DNA of 47,461 nt from Prasinococcaceae sp. CCMP 1430 (taxonomy: Eukaryota > Plantae > Prasinodermophyta), in contig RQSC01000008.1 of the NCBI GenBank assembly GCA_013416795.1, positions 195,996 to 243,456 on the forward strand, in the 5' to 3' direction. The notes under the pieces were generated by a model. The model was given only the letters and a program-made list of their open reading frames with translations. It did not search any database and was not told where the DNA came from. Position 1 is the stretch's first letter. Every line of letters begins with the position of its first letter. Both the position numbers and the translations under genes were made by a program. This document shows, piece after piece, positions 21,401-31,488 of the stretch.

Positions 21401-23622
21401 TCAACCAGGTGATCAAGCTATGCGAGAAGCACGAGCTGTACTCGGCGCTCGCCGACGTCTTCTCACGCGGTCTCGGAGATGTGTTGACGCCACTTGAGAG
21501 GCTGCTTGCTGCCGCTGAACGACAGCTGGCAGCGTGCGGTGCGAACAACACAGGAAGCACGTTCGTTGAGGGAGGCGCGCCGGACGTCGTGTACAAGTTG
21601 CTGCTGTTGCTACGCTGTTGCTTCGTCGGCGAGCGCTTCCCGCCTGGGCGCGGTTCCCTGGGGCGTGACGAGGCAGCGCGTGCGCGCCAGGCAGCGCTCG
21701 AGTTCGTAGCCGGACGAGGCTCGATGGCGACGCTGCTTAGAGCTGACGTCGTCGCCACGCTCGAGACACTTGGTTTCGCCTTTGACCGCTCCTTCGTGCA
21801 AGCCATCGAGACAAGGTGCGATGCGCCTCCACACTCCTCCAGAAGGTACACCGCCTGCATGCGCGCGAGCATATGCGACGGGATGTGCGCTGACTACGAA
21901 AGTCATTGGCGCAGTGTTGTCGACGGTGCGAACCCACTCGCAGAGGCAGATGCAGGAGAGGCGCGCATGGTCGATGAGAGCCTCCTCCAGGCAGTCGCCG
22001 ACTGTCTTTCGACCCTGAGCGCAGAGGAGAGCGCTGGAACGGGCCTCATGGCATTTTCGCTTGGCCTCGTGATCGAGTTTGTGGCCGAGCAGGCAGGCAG
22101 CGGCGTCGTGTCGCTGCGAGCGCCGGTGGCGGCGCGTGCGCTGCAGCAGCTTGCCTCGCCTGCACCGCCGCCGCCTGGCTCCGTCACATCGGTGGTACAT
22201 GAGGGGCACGCATCGAGACGTCAGCGCGCCTTCATGGCGGTGATGGATAGGCTTCTGCCCAGTGGGGGTGGCACGGATGAGGCCACCGTGAGCTCGGAGG
22301 AGATCGAGCGCATGGCGCGGCTAGGGGGTTTCATGTCGGCCGTGGCTAAGCTGCGCGCGCGGGGGGGCGATCTCGCAGGCGCGTTCGACGCGCTACGCGC
22401 GGACGCATTCGCTCCCCGCGATGCGCCACACTTGGCGCTCAACGCGATGCTGCGCGCGCCGCACTGCGGCGTCTTCGACGTCAGCGCCGACTACGAGGTG
22501 CGCGCGCTCACCTCGGAGGCCCACGCGCAGGCCAATGCCAGCACACAGGCTACGCGAGCGATCGAGGCGGCACATGCCGAGCTCCGGCGCGTAGCGGTTG
22601 GCGCTCTGTCCGAACTCGCGTCGCGCGACGCGCACATGGCGGCCGAGCTCATGGTGGAACACTTCGCCGCGGAGGCCGACTCCGCGGTCGACGCGCTGGG
22701 TGACAGGCCTGAGCTGCAGCTCGAGTGCCTGCGCAGGATCGTTGGCGGCGGAGGTGCAGGTGACATCGAAGGCGCGCGCGTGCCTGGCGTGGCGGCACGC
22801 GCCTCGGGAAAGTATGTGGCGCTACTGTGCCAATTTGAGCCGGCCAGCGTGGTGCCGTTCCTGCGCTCGTCGAATGAGTACGACCTGGATGCGTGCCTCG
22901 CGGCCTGCCGGGCCGGGGAATGCGTGGCGGGCACAGCGCTGCTGCTCGAGCGCGCGGGCGAGGCAGCGGAGGCGCTCAAGTTGCTCCTTGACGAAGCAAA
23001 CGTCACGCTGGCATGTCTAGCCGAGCGTATCCTGGTTGGTGGGTACGCTTCGACCGGCTTCGCGGTCGAAGAGGCTCAGGCTATGGCCGCGCTCAATGAC
23101 GCTGCCGCCCTGTGCGACCGCGCGTCGTGGCCTACCGACGCCGAGACCGAGCGTGCGTGGTTCGACGTGGTGCGCTGCGCGGTGGCGCCGCTTCGCGAGG
23201 TGCGCTGGGCGATGGCCGCGCGCGCGGCGCTCGAGTCGCGGACCGCGGGCGCCGCGGCAGAAGCAGCGGGCGCGGCGGCTGCCATGGGCCTGAATGTGGA
23301 CTCATGGCTAGTGACTTCCTCGGCGGAGTCGCTCAGGCGCCTATTGGCGGCCCTGGCACGCCTAGCTGAGCTGGCGATGGAGCAGGCGGCATCGGCGCTT
23401 TCCTTGGCGAATGTCCTCAAGCAGCTGGTCGATGAGCACGGCGCAGGCGAGCTTGGCGACTTCCGCGAAACCATCGCAGCCACGTTGGGCTCCATCCGTT
23501 ACCAGGAGGCCATCACAAGCACCGCGCGCTCTCTAGTCGGCGCTGACGCTTTTGCGGCCTTCAACGGCGCGCTCGAAAGGCGCGCGCGCGCGAGGCGCCT
23601 GCCAGCGCAAGAAGCAGCCTGA
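18439..23622 (+). CDS. VPS8: VPS8 (CORVET subunit): acidic N-terminus, WD40 propeller, alpha-solenoid/CHCR; in-frame intron 21816-21914
   Basis: LLVGHASGQVAIWDV, VLTADASGVV, LPPELMQALVE..VEAAVLNMDIASLDFNQVIKLCEKHELYSAL..RGLGDVLTPL, YVALLCQFEPASVVPFLRSSNEYDLDACL. AAG|GTGCG donor, GCTGAC branch, GCGCAG acceptor. Confidence 0.92.
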   Translation: MADCVASEAELSVDALLALDSSSSDDERSEGGEGGSPGASVGAGAGANADAGAGAEAGADVGSGGVGDALRTGLQAEGMGVGTAELFLDDLLLSSEGEYEEEGDREDGVGARAGVPTEASLASVEQERDQEDPPPLVNPFTGAATPTRALEVTRTAGATVSRVAERDSSEVAVSDGDNPFTRLASTQITQSREPQPQTQTQTHAQVHKLALASSRMTSNATSRLPTRPPPSGVFGDAAIAQALRRRRGSGGEASSSPPRARPRPRSPLLAAEEPGRRGSIDEGTGNAAALFHRSPCKAMLAAEERERMLAAGAGALRPGEGVSDGGAGGPADGPGDPGHAGAFATLLRAPALLPSAVRLEPAGALAHGVAHAGRALGTPVCVGACAATGFVAVGGSSGVVLVGDPDAPDGEAAASSTKLLGGQGGGAAAAAAAAASCVAFDADGDMLLVGHASGQVAIWDVARGVLLRRSGGAQGGGSGAEHRVAITSAAFVSRHVSGASGVVLTADASGVVLQHTLTLNPFLKRLTAKTECLLDGKKAGAVPLVLPCMTSDAEEALAAAVAASTNGAHVDGAPSAPAGVGGRQASLASVSAAHARGLCAIFTLKSVMFVRLFPSVEVCTVWRRPDGVREGAVPYASWRVAEDAYGSDGGGSALPALQLVVAWGKIVTLLGIETSGGFEMTALSSWELGFEAAGVQWLEGRSLCVLSASGLLSVHEPISGLEVATHDFGEAAVGDLAYHAHVANIYGNPERACHGASALGSVGPSTGAQRVYVLGSTSGIVAGWLRPWDELCAALAAGVGVEREGGTDVQDAGQTVGAGVGAALALAAEIACGEPARTCACAKLPRDADELAKRLAPALRAMSAAFAGEAISRAQSGAVGNSGSGSEGAASAADAASAIAGFCLRPGRPMRVAETLRHALFEDVYAQFEGAGAAAELLDALEACVLAGTVSSLPPELMQALVELRAGRGEVARVEAAVLNMDIASLDFNQVIKLCEKHELYSALADVFSRGLGDVLTPLERLLAAAERQLAACGANNTGSTFVEGGAPDVVYKLLLLLRCCFVGERFPPGRGSLGRDEAARARQAALEFVAGRGSMATLLRADVVATLETLGFAFDRSFVQAIETRCDAPPHSSRRYTACMRASICDGMCADYESHWRSVVDGANPLAEADAGEARMVDESLLQAVADCLSTLSAEESAGTGLMAFSLGLVIEFVAEQAGSGVVSLRAPVAARALQQLASPAPPPPGSVTSVVHEGHASRRQRAFMAVMDRLLPSGGGTDEATVSSEEIERMARLGGFMSAVAKLRARGGDLAGAFDALRADAFAPRDAPHLALNAMLRAPHCGVFDVSADYEVRALTSEAHAQANASTQATRAIEAAHAELRRVAVGALSELASRDAHMAAELMVEHFAAEADSAVDALGDRPELQLECLRRIVGGGGAGDIEGARVPGVAARASGKYVALLCQFEPASVVPFLRSSNEYDLDACLAACRAGECVAGTALLLERAGEAAEALKLLLDEANVTLACLAERILVGGYASTGFAVEEAQAMAALNDAAALCDRASWPTDAETERAWFDVVRCAVAPLREVRWAMAARAALESRTAGAAAEAAGAAAAMGLNVDSWLVTSSAESLRRLLAALARLAELAMEQAASALSLANVLKQLVDEHGAGELGDFRETIAATLGSIRYQEAITSTARSLVGADAFAAFNGALERRARARRLPAQEAA

Positions 23623-23746
23623 CACGTGGCAATGTCAGACAGACAAAAATCCTTTGAAAGTGGCCGTGAGAATGTCACCCGCGGGAGCCCCCCCCGACCT
23701 CCCCCGCTGCCCCGCTCGCGCGCGCTCCCAGCCGGCGACCGGCTCC

Positions 23747-24323
23747 TCAGACCGTCAGCGCAATCACCTTGTCGTAACAGCGTGCAGCAGCATCGAAGTC
23801 GTCCGACTCCGTGTAAAGGTCGCCGAGGAATCCATAGACTTCAGTGGGGTCGATCTGTTCCCGCGCCTCCTCGTTCACTTCGATGACCGCCGCAACCGCC
23901 TCGAGGGCGCTCAGGGCGCCCTCGATGTCCTGCCTCTCGTCGTACGCTTCATGCGCGCGATGCAGGGCGAGGAGCGCTTCAGCTGCCGGGCCGCTCGCGC
24001 TCCCGTGCATTCCCTTGATCGTATCGCGCGGCAACCGCTCCTTGCGCTCGGCGTGCTTGAGCTGTAGGAGCTGCGTGTTCAATCGCTTGAGCTCCTTGCC
24101 GCGACGGGCTGACGTCACGCCACTGGTGATGGCTCCCACAAACGCGAGCGCCTGCAGCACCGCGAAAATCGGCCAGTTGCTGCGGCAGAACGCAACGAAG
24201 GGCGTCGTACCATCGGCGCTCGCCGCGAGCTCGGGAACAGCAGGCGCCGCCGCGACGCTACACACGAGCTCCGCCCCCGCCGGCCCCTCGCCTGCGAGCG
24301 CGACGGACGCGGGCGCCGCCAGT
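23747..24323 (-). CDS. FLU: FLU/FLP-like thylakoid TPR protein (tetrapyrrole feedback regulator family); 5' exon unresolved
   Basis: TM helix IFAVLQALAFVGAITSG, then ARRGKELKRLNTQLLQL (cf. RQRKGELQRLNEQLRQI) and TEVYGFLGDLYTESDDFDAAARCYDKVI (cf. TEAYGAIADCYTELGDLEKAGKFYDTYI). CTGACAG acceptor at 24324. Confidence 0.75.
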
Positions 24324-24871
24324 CTGTCAGTTCATTAGCGAGCACGTTTGTACGCGAGCGCGAGCGCCCGCCGGCCGCGCGCGCGAGACCGCGCCGTTCG
24401 CGGCCGTCCGCGCTACATGCATCGCCGACGCCATGTCTCCACTCGAGCTCGCGCCCCCCCGCACGCCGCGCGTGCAGTGGCGCAGTCAGTTCCCGCGGGC
24501 GGCCTGCGCGCCCGGCAGCGCCAACAGCCACGAGATCTGGTTCTGGATAAATCCCATCAGACTTCGCAATGAGTTGCACCAATTATGTAAACACCGTCGT
24601 TTTTAGCTTTAAATGATATCTCATGTCACGGTGATTCATGATTGAAATCAGATTCGAGGCGCGCCGAGAGTCGTCCGACGCGCGGTTGCACAACTCGCGT
24701 GCGTTTCGAGCGCGAGCAAATTAGTGCGTTTTGATGGTGCTTTCGGCGCCCTCTGGCGAGGCAGCTGCCCGCAGGGGGAAGGGAGGAGGCTTGCAAGTGC
24801 CGCGCACACACACCACCTGCAAGACGGCCACGCCGCCCCCGCCCCGCATCCGTACTGTTATACAGGTAGCT

Positions 24872-26082
24872 TTACAACTTGTAGACGACCGTGGACTGGC
24901 CCTCGAAGTCGAGCTCGGCCGTGAGAGTGCCAGGCCCGCCGCGGCGCTTCAGGTACTCGATCAGGTCGTCGATGGTCCGCACCGGCTTGCCGTCCACCTG
25001 CCGCGACGGGAACGCCTTCCAGTGGACGCAGCAGGGCACCACTGCGAAGGGTAGGTCGTGTTCGAGCGCGTAATCCAACACCCAGTCGGTTGCCTCGTCT
25101 GGGTGGATGGCGAGGACTAATGAGGCTGAACGCAGGGCGGCCTCCAGCTCCCTCTCCGCGGACTCGAGCTCCCTCTCAGCGTCGTCCGCGCCGTCGCCGC
25201 ACGCGTTGCCACTGAGGGCGACCGCGGCCGCCGCGCGCGCTTTATCCACGGCGAATTTCGGCAGTGACATTTGGCCCTTCTCGTCGAGCTGGAGCGCACT
25301 GCGCAGCATCGCGCGGCGGCCCTCGTTTGTCCTTGGCTCGCGCTCAGCCCCAGCCTGCCCAGCCTCGGTCTTCCAAAGCTCGGGCGCGAAGAATGCGCGC
25401 ACGCGCCGAGGAGACGACGACCGCTCAGCTCGCGGTATGGTGTTGTATGGCGCACGCGCCTTGTTGCGGTGGTACCATCCGTTGTGGAATTTTTTGTGCA
25501 GCGGCGCGACGTTGCCGGGCCGCTGCGAGCACGCATGTAGGTGTGTGCGTCAGCGACATGCCGTGGGGCGCGCCTCTGGCACGCGCGCGCGGAGGGGCGG
25601 GCGGGCGCACGCACCGGATCGATGACGACCGCATCAACGCCGTTTAGATTGAGGAGCTCGAAGCTGAGCTCGCCGCGACCGCCCGCTACGTCCAGGACCG
25701 TCCCACACAGCGCAGGAGGCAGGCGAGTATTCAGAGGGGTTAGAGGTGGGCTATCGGCCGCGGCAGCCAGGGCAGCCTCCGAGCTGGGCGATCCAGGCGT
25801 CGCGGCTGCCTGCGCGCGTGTAGCCTCTGCCTGCGCCGCCGCGTCGAGCAGCCATCTCCTGAAGACGCCCGCTTTGCCGCGGTTGGCAGGGCGTGAGCGC
25901 TTGCCTCCCTCCCCGCCTTCCGCCGCGCCCTCGGAGCGCTTCCGCCGCGTTGGTGGCCGCTGCGACCCGGCAAGGTCCGCAGGGTGGGCGTAACGGCACG
26001 CGTCGCCGTACGCACACGCGCCTGAACGCAGCCACAGCCAGCAGGGGGTGGCGGCGGTGCCGCCGCTGCCGTTGCCCGGCAT
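24872..26082 (-). CDS. CCCH zinc-finger plus class I SAM methyltransferase-like protein; intron 25523-25614
   Basis: C-x8-C-x5-C-x3-H at 25984-26043; KAGVFRRWLL; motif I VLDVAGGRGELSF; VIDP|RP splice; LVLAIHPDEATD..FAVVPCCV..DFEGQSTVVY. Confidence 0.8.
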
Positions 26083-26276
26083 GTCTTCCGCCCTGCCGCT
26101 CGCGCCGCCGGCGCCGCCTGCTGCCGCACCGGCGCCGCCAGCGTCGTCGCTGCCCGCCACCAGCTTGGCGCGACTGCCTGCAGTGCGCGCCCTTGAGGAT
26201 GTCCTGCAGCCCGCCGCCGCCGCCTGCGCGCCAAACACCCTCGTGCGAGGGAAGTTCAAAATGCATGCATTTTTAG

Positions 26277-27258
26277 GTGGCCACACTCTGCGCGCGCGCG
26301 CGGCCGCCGCCGCCGCCGTGTACAGCGCGCGGGACGGGGCGAGGCGGGGTGACTGGCGCCGTCAGTACCGCTCGCTGCCACGCAGGCGGTCTCCGTGGCC
26401 CGGGGGACGGTGCGCGTGTGGTCGGGACTCGAGAGGGTGGGCCCTTTTTTTTGGGCGGCGGCAGCGATCGGCTCGTCGGTGTGCAGGGTCAGGCACACCG
26501 ACATTGTCGGTCGCTGGAGCTTGGGTCGCGCTTGGCGCCACCTGGGCCGCCGCGTGCGCTGCTGCAACTCGCGATATGCGGGCGTTGGGGGCTCACGCAC
26601 GCCGCGCGCGCCTCGCGCGAGGCGCGCGAGGCGGCCTCTCTCGCCTCGCAATGTGCGGCGCCGCGCTCGTGCTACTCGCATTCACGACAGGTACGCTCCT
26701 GGTGGTGCAGAAACGGCTGGGACAGGGCAAAGATGCGCGCACGGGCATCGAACGCCTCCTGCTGGGACAAGGAGGTACTGGGATCTTGACGCGTAGAGAC
26801 AGTCCGAGTCGCGGCGGCTGGACCACTGGCTCTGGCGTGCCCCGCGAGCGTGGCAGAGGAGACATCCTGGCCTTCGTTGCTGTGTTTACTGGCTTCGGCA
26901 GAAGCTCCGCTGGTCGGCGAGCCACCCTGCGCGCGACGTGGTTTCCGAGCTCGCGCGACGCGCTCGCAAAATTTGAGGAGAAGTACAGCATTGCCATGCG
27001 ATTCGCTATAGGGGATGCCGATGCGGGCGCGCAAGTAGGTGACACCACCGCGCAGAAAGCCGAAGCAGCGCTGCAAGCAGAGATTGCCGCATATGGAGGC
27101 TTCATGCGCATGCACGGCGTCACGGAGCGATACAGCAACTTACCTCACAAATCGCGCACCTTCTTCGCGTCTGCCGCGCGCCACCCGCTGCTGTCGCGGG
27201 CGAGGTGGCTGGTGAAGGTCGATGACGATGTGTACGGTGCGTCGGGCAGCGAGAATGG
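26277..27258 (+). repeat. Copy 1 of a ~1 kb inverted segmental duplication (partner ~41195-42125)
   Basis: Shared upstream words (GGCCACAC, GTACAGCGC, CTCGCTGCCACGCA, GCAGCGATCGGCT, GAGCTTGGGTCGCGCT), all of GT31 exon 1 and the first bases of intron 1. Confidence 0.9.
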
Positions 27259-28053
27259 GCCATGCGCCAGCACGCGCGGCTGTCCGTGATGTGAAGCTCG
27301 TCGCGTGCGCTTGCCGGCGGGGTGCCCCTTTCTCATTCCGCAATCTGATATATCTGTCTGCTCCGCTCGCAGTCATACCTCGCAACCTAAACGCAGTGTT
27401 GCGCCGGCACACTCCTGCTGCGGGTGCGGAGCAGCGCATCTTGCTGGGGCTCATAAAACGGGGCGACATCTATCGCCCAGACAAGTCCAAGGGATACGGG
27501 AAAAAGGTGCGTTCGCTTAGCAACACATTTCAGAGCTGAGCCGCTGTCGGCCCGATCGTCATCCCCGATTTGAGCGGCGCGCGCGTGCAGCTGACGTGCG
27601 TGCGCGATGCCCTGCGCGTGCAGTGGGTGGAGAGGAGCTGGGGGCTGCTCGCGTCGTCGCAATACCATCAGAACTGCTGGGGTCCCGCGTACGCCGTGTC
27701 ACAAGCGGCTGCTGCTCAGTTGGGATCATTTCCCGGCTCGGCTCTTCGGTATCTCTCGAACGAGGATACGCTCATGGTACGCAGGCGCAGGCGCAGGCGC
27801 AGGCGCACACATGCATGCGCACACGCTCGTGCGCGCGCGTTCTAACATGCGCGCACGCGTGCACGCACGCACACAGGGGCTGTGGAGCGTGGCATTCGGC
27901 TGGGACATGGTAAACGAGCTGGACCTGGGCCGCAAACGGTGCCGCGAGGGCGCAGCGGTGGTGTACGGCCTGCCGCACTGCGCGGGGCTCTGTCACCCGG
28001 AGAAAGAGATGCCCGCTCTGCACGCCAATTCCTCGTGCAACTTGGACTCGTGA
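26576..28053 (+). CDS. GT31 beta-1,3-galactosyltransferase-like type II membrane protein; exons 26576-27236, 27373-27506, 27624-27776, 27877-28053
   Basis: Signal anchor CGAALVLLAFTTGTLLVV; RRATLRATW, ERYSNLPHKSRTFF, WLVKVDDDVY|V (DxD), GPAYAVS, YLSNEDTLM|GLW. All splice junctions are canonical and in frame. Confidence 0.9.
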
Positions 28054-28231
28054 CTGCCACGCCTTTATCGAACGCACTTCTGGACTATCGTCTCCACTCA
28101 TTATACACGGGGCGCATCCCCGCTCGCGTCCGGCCTAGTTCTCTCGTGCGCTCGCTCGCGCCATCTAGGCGCCAAGCACGTGCGATGCGCGCACGCGCGA
28201 GCGCGCCACGGCGCGCGGCGCCGGCTGCTCC

Positions 28232-28900
28232 TCACTCCTTGCGCGCACACCCCTTGGCCTCCCAGATGCTCGCGAGCTCGTCGGAGTCGACCACGCACGG
28301 AAAGAAGTGAATTTGCCCGCCACCCACCTTATCCAGCTGGCCGGGGCCCTCGTTCCACTTCTCCTCGGGCGTGTGCGTCTCCTTGAAGTACACCAGGATG
28401 GGGAAGGGCAGCGGCGCGTCCTCGCTGTCGGCCTTGCGCGAGGGGAAGAACGTCCAGTTGGTGAAGCTGTCGTAGGGCCAGCGGTTCTCCCCGCCGACCG
28501 CCCAGTTCTCGAGCGAGTCGCGCAGGTCCTCCTCCTGGCCGAGGCCGATCTTGACATAGAAGTCCTTATTGCCGCAGATGAACTTCACGTTGGCCGTCTG
28601 GAAGGTCAGGAAGGCGCCGAGGAAGGTCAGCCCCACGCCGAGCGGCACGAGGTGCACCGCGTTGAAGAGCGTGCCCGCGGCGAGGAACGAGCCGCCCACG
28701 GAGTAGTCCGGGTTGACGACGATCGGCTCACCGGCCTCGAGCTTGGCCTGCACCTCGGCCGCGCGCTTCTCCTTGTTGAACGCAGGCAGCCAGCTGGGCT
28801 TCTCCATGCCGAGCTTGTCGGCGAGCGCCTTGAACGCGGCCGCGCGCCGCCGCCGCGGCCGCGCGGCCGACGGCGCGCACCGGACGCGCGCCGCCGCCAT
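28232..28900 (-). CDS. Plastid-targeted DUF3119-family membrane protein
   Basis: Arg/Ala transit peptide; two hydrophobic segments; GGENRWPYDSFTNW, FPILVYFKETH and GQIHFFP, typical of this cyanobacterial/plastid family. Confidence 0.8.
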   Translation of the reverse strand: MAAARVRCAPSAARPRRRRAAAFKALADKLGMEKPSWLPAFNKEKRAAEVQAKLEAGEPIVVNPDYSVGGSFLAAGTLFNAVHLVPLGVGLTFLGAFLTFQTANVKFICGNKDFYVKIGLGQEEDLRDSLENWAVGGENRWPYDSFTNWTFFPSRKADSEDAPLPFPILVYFKETHTPEEKWNEGPGQLDKVGGGQIHFFPCVVDSDELASIWEAKGCARKE

Positions 28901-29875
28901 GCCCGCTCCAATCGGTCCGGGCGCGAGGAAACCACCACCCGCCCGATCACACCACTTCCCCCGGCGCCCCCGCGCGCGCGCGCTGTGGCCACCCGGAGTT
29001 CGCCATGGCCGCCCGCACGCCGCAGCTTGACCTGCTGCAGGAGCGCGCTCCTCTGCACCTGCTGCTCACCGGCCACACGCGACACCATCGCCCACCGCCT
29101 TTTTTTTCTTTTTTTTGCAGGCGCACCGCCTCGTCAAATCGCATCCATTTCCCCCGCGCGCCCCCCGCGCCGGCGCCGGACAGCGAGGTCACTTCCCACG
29201 CCTCGCACCTCTTTTTTTTTTTGGCCGGGCGGCCAGGCGCATTATTCGGAGGTCAAATCGCACCCGAACTTTTTTTTGGTTATTATTGTTGATTTCTCAA
29301 TGCGCCTTCTTATCCGCGCGCGGTGCTGACGCCCGGCGAACGGGCGGCGGCCGCCAAAACCTCAACCTCACATCAAAATATTTAATGTACTATGATGTAT
29401 AATATAAACCCTTAAACTATAAAAACCTTAAATGCGCGCGTTGGGGGAGAAGCTCACACAAAGGAGGGCACGTGGGCGAGACGCAGGAGAAGCACCGATC
29501 AGAGGATTCCACACATGCGGTGGGAGATTGGATTCCAAATGGAATCCATTTGTGCGCGTGCGTGCGTGGGGTTGCGCGGGCGGGGGATCTGCGCGGGATC
29601 CGCGCGCGGGTGCGCGCGCGCGCGCGCGGTGCGGTGCGGTGCGCCGCCTGCAGGGGGTGGGGGTGGNCCAAGCGTTCGCATCAGCACAGCTATCCGCGTC
29701 CGAGAACGAGCCGCAGTCGTCTGGCCTCGACTCGTCGCATCGCACGATGTTGCCCGTGCCACCCACCGGACTGGTCTTGCATTGCTTGAAGCCAAACAAC
29801 TCCCCGTTCCCACACATCTCGTCGCGCCCAGCTCCCGGGGGCGCGCTCTGCGCGCGTACGCGGCAAAGCGAGGCG

Positions 29876-31318
29876 ATGCGTGCCGCGCGACGCGTCGAGG
29901 TGGCTGCGCTGCTGCGCGCCCCACCCCCCTCGCCGCCGCCCCCAACTGCCGCGCGCGTCGCGTGAGCCCGCACGTCCTGACAATCACCCTCGCCCTCTCT
30001 CCAAACACACCCCAACACGCGGCTGCGCAGGGCGCCGCGCGCTGCGCGCGCTCCTGCGCGCGCGGCGATCGCCGCGGGCGAGCCGCTGACCAACGAGACC
30101 ATGGACTCGGTCAAGCTGGAGAACCGGCCCACCAAGTCGAGCGGCCGCTTCGGCGACTACGGCGGCAAGTACGTGCCGGAGACGCTCATGAGCGCGCTCA
30201 CTAATCTCGAGGCCGAGTACTACAAGGTGCAGGAGGACCCCGAGTTCCAGGCGGAGCTCAAGGGCATCCTCAAGGACTACGTCGGGCGCGAGTCGCCGCT
30301 GTACTACGCGGAGCGCCTCTCCGAGCATTACGGCAACGGCGTGGAGATCTACCTGAAGCGCGAGGACCTCAACCACACTGGCGCGCACAAGATCAACAAC
30401 GCCATCGGCCAGGCGCTGCTCGCCAAGCGCATGGGCAAGAAGCGCATCATCGCGGAGACCGGCGCCGGCCAGCACGGCGTGGCGACCGCGACGGTGTGCG
30501 CGCGCTTCGGGCTCGACTGCGTTATCTACATGGGCGCGGCCGACATGGAGCGCCAGGCGCTCAACGTGTTCCGCATGCGGCTGCTGGGCGCTGAGGTGCG
30601 CGGCGTGACCGCCGGCACCGCCACGCTGAAGGACGCCACCTCGGAGGCCATCCGCGATTGGGTGACCAACGTGGAGGACACCCACTACATCCTCGGGTCG
30701 GTCGCCGGCCCGCACCCGTACCCGATGATGGTGCGCGACTTCCACGCCTGCATCGGCGAGGAGACGCGCGCGCAGTGCATGGAGAAGTGGGGCGGCCTGC
30801 CCGACGTGCTGGTGGCGTGCGTGGGCGGCGGCTCGAACGCGATGGGCCTCTTCCACGACTTCGTCGGCGAGGAGGGCGTGCGCATGATCGGCGTGGAGGC
30901 CGCCGGCCACGGCACCGAGGTGGTGGACGGCCACGCGGCGACGCTCACCATGGGCTCGCCCGGCGTGCTGCACGGCGCGATGAGCTACCTCATCCAGGAC
31001 GAGGACGGCCAGGTCAAGGAGCCGCACTCGATCAGCGCGGGCCTCGACTACCCGGGCGTGGGCCCCGAGCACGCCTTCCTGAAGGACGTCGGGCGCGCGG
31101 AGTACTACTCGGTGACCGACACGGAGGCGCTCGACGCCTTCCAGCGCTTGAGCAAGCTCGAGGGCATCATCCCCGCGCTCGAGACCAGCCACGCCATCGC
31201 GCACCTCGAGGACCTCGTGCCCACGCTCAAGCCGGGCACGCGCGTGGTGATCAACTGCAGCGGCCGCGGCGACAAGGACGTCAACTCGGTCATCAAGGCG
31301 CTGCCGCACCTCGCGTGA
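29876..31318 (+). CDS. TSB (trpB): Tryptophan synthase beta chain, plastid precursor; intron 29962-30030
   Basis: [40 protein letters not shown] (PLP lysine), [27 protein letters not shown]. Transit-peptide exon joins via GC|GTGAGC..GCGCAG in frame. Confidence 0.97.
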
Positions 31319-31376
31319 GCGCGGCAGCGGAGCGGCGGCGGCGGCGGTGCGAGCAGTGAGCCCGGCAACGCGTGTG

Positions 31377-31381
31377 TGTAA
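31377..31381 (+). terminator. TGTAA polyadenylation signal of trpB
   Basis: About 60 nt after the stop; UGUAA is the established chlorophyte poly(A) signal. Confidence 0.6.
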
Positions 31382-31488
31382 AATCTGCCGGCGAGCGCAT
31401 GTTTTGTATACCTAGCTAGCTGGCCAGAGAATGTCCACGCTGGAAAACGGGAGCTCACTGTAGATGCTGCGCGTGGGGGACGGTGCGC

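Noticed and set aside
27777-27876. (GCAGGC)n and CA/GC tandem repeats
   Set aside because: Simple intronic low complexity; no spacers, so not CRISPR-like.
29984-31309. Long antisense ORFs opposite trpB, HPPD, MOR1, ARP4 and others
   Set aside because: Shadow ORFs expected from very high GC3 codon usage; no recognisable motifs.
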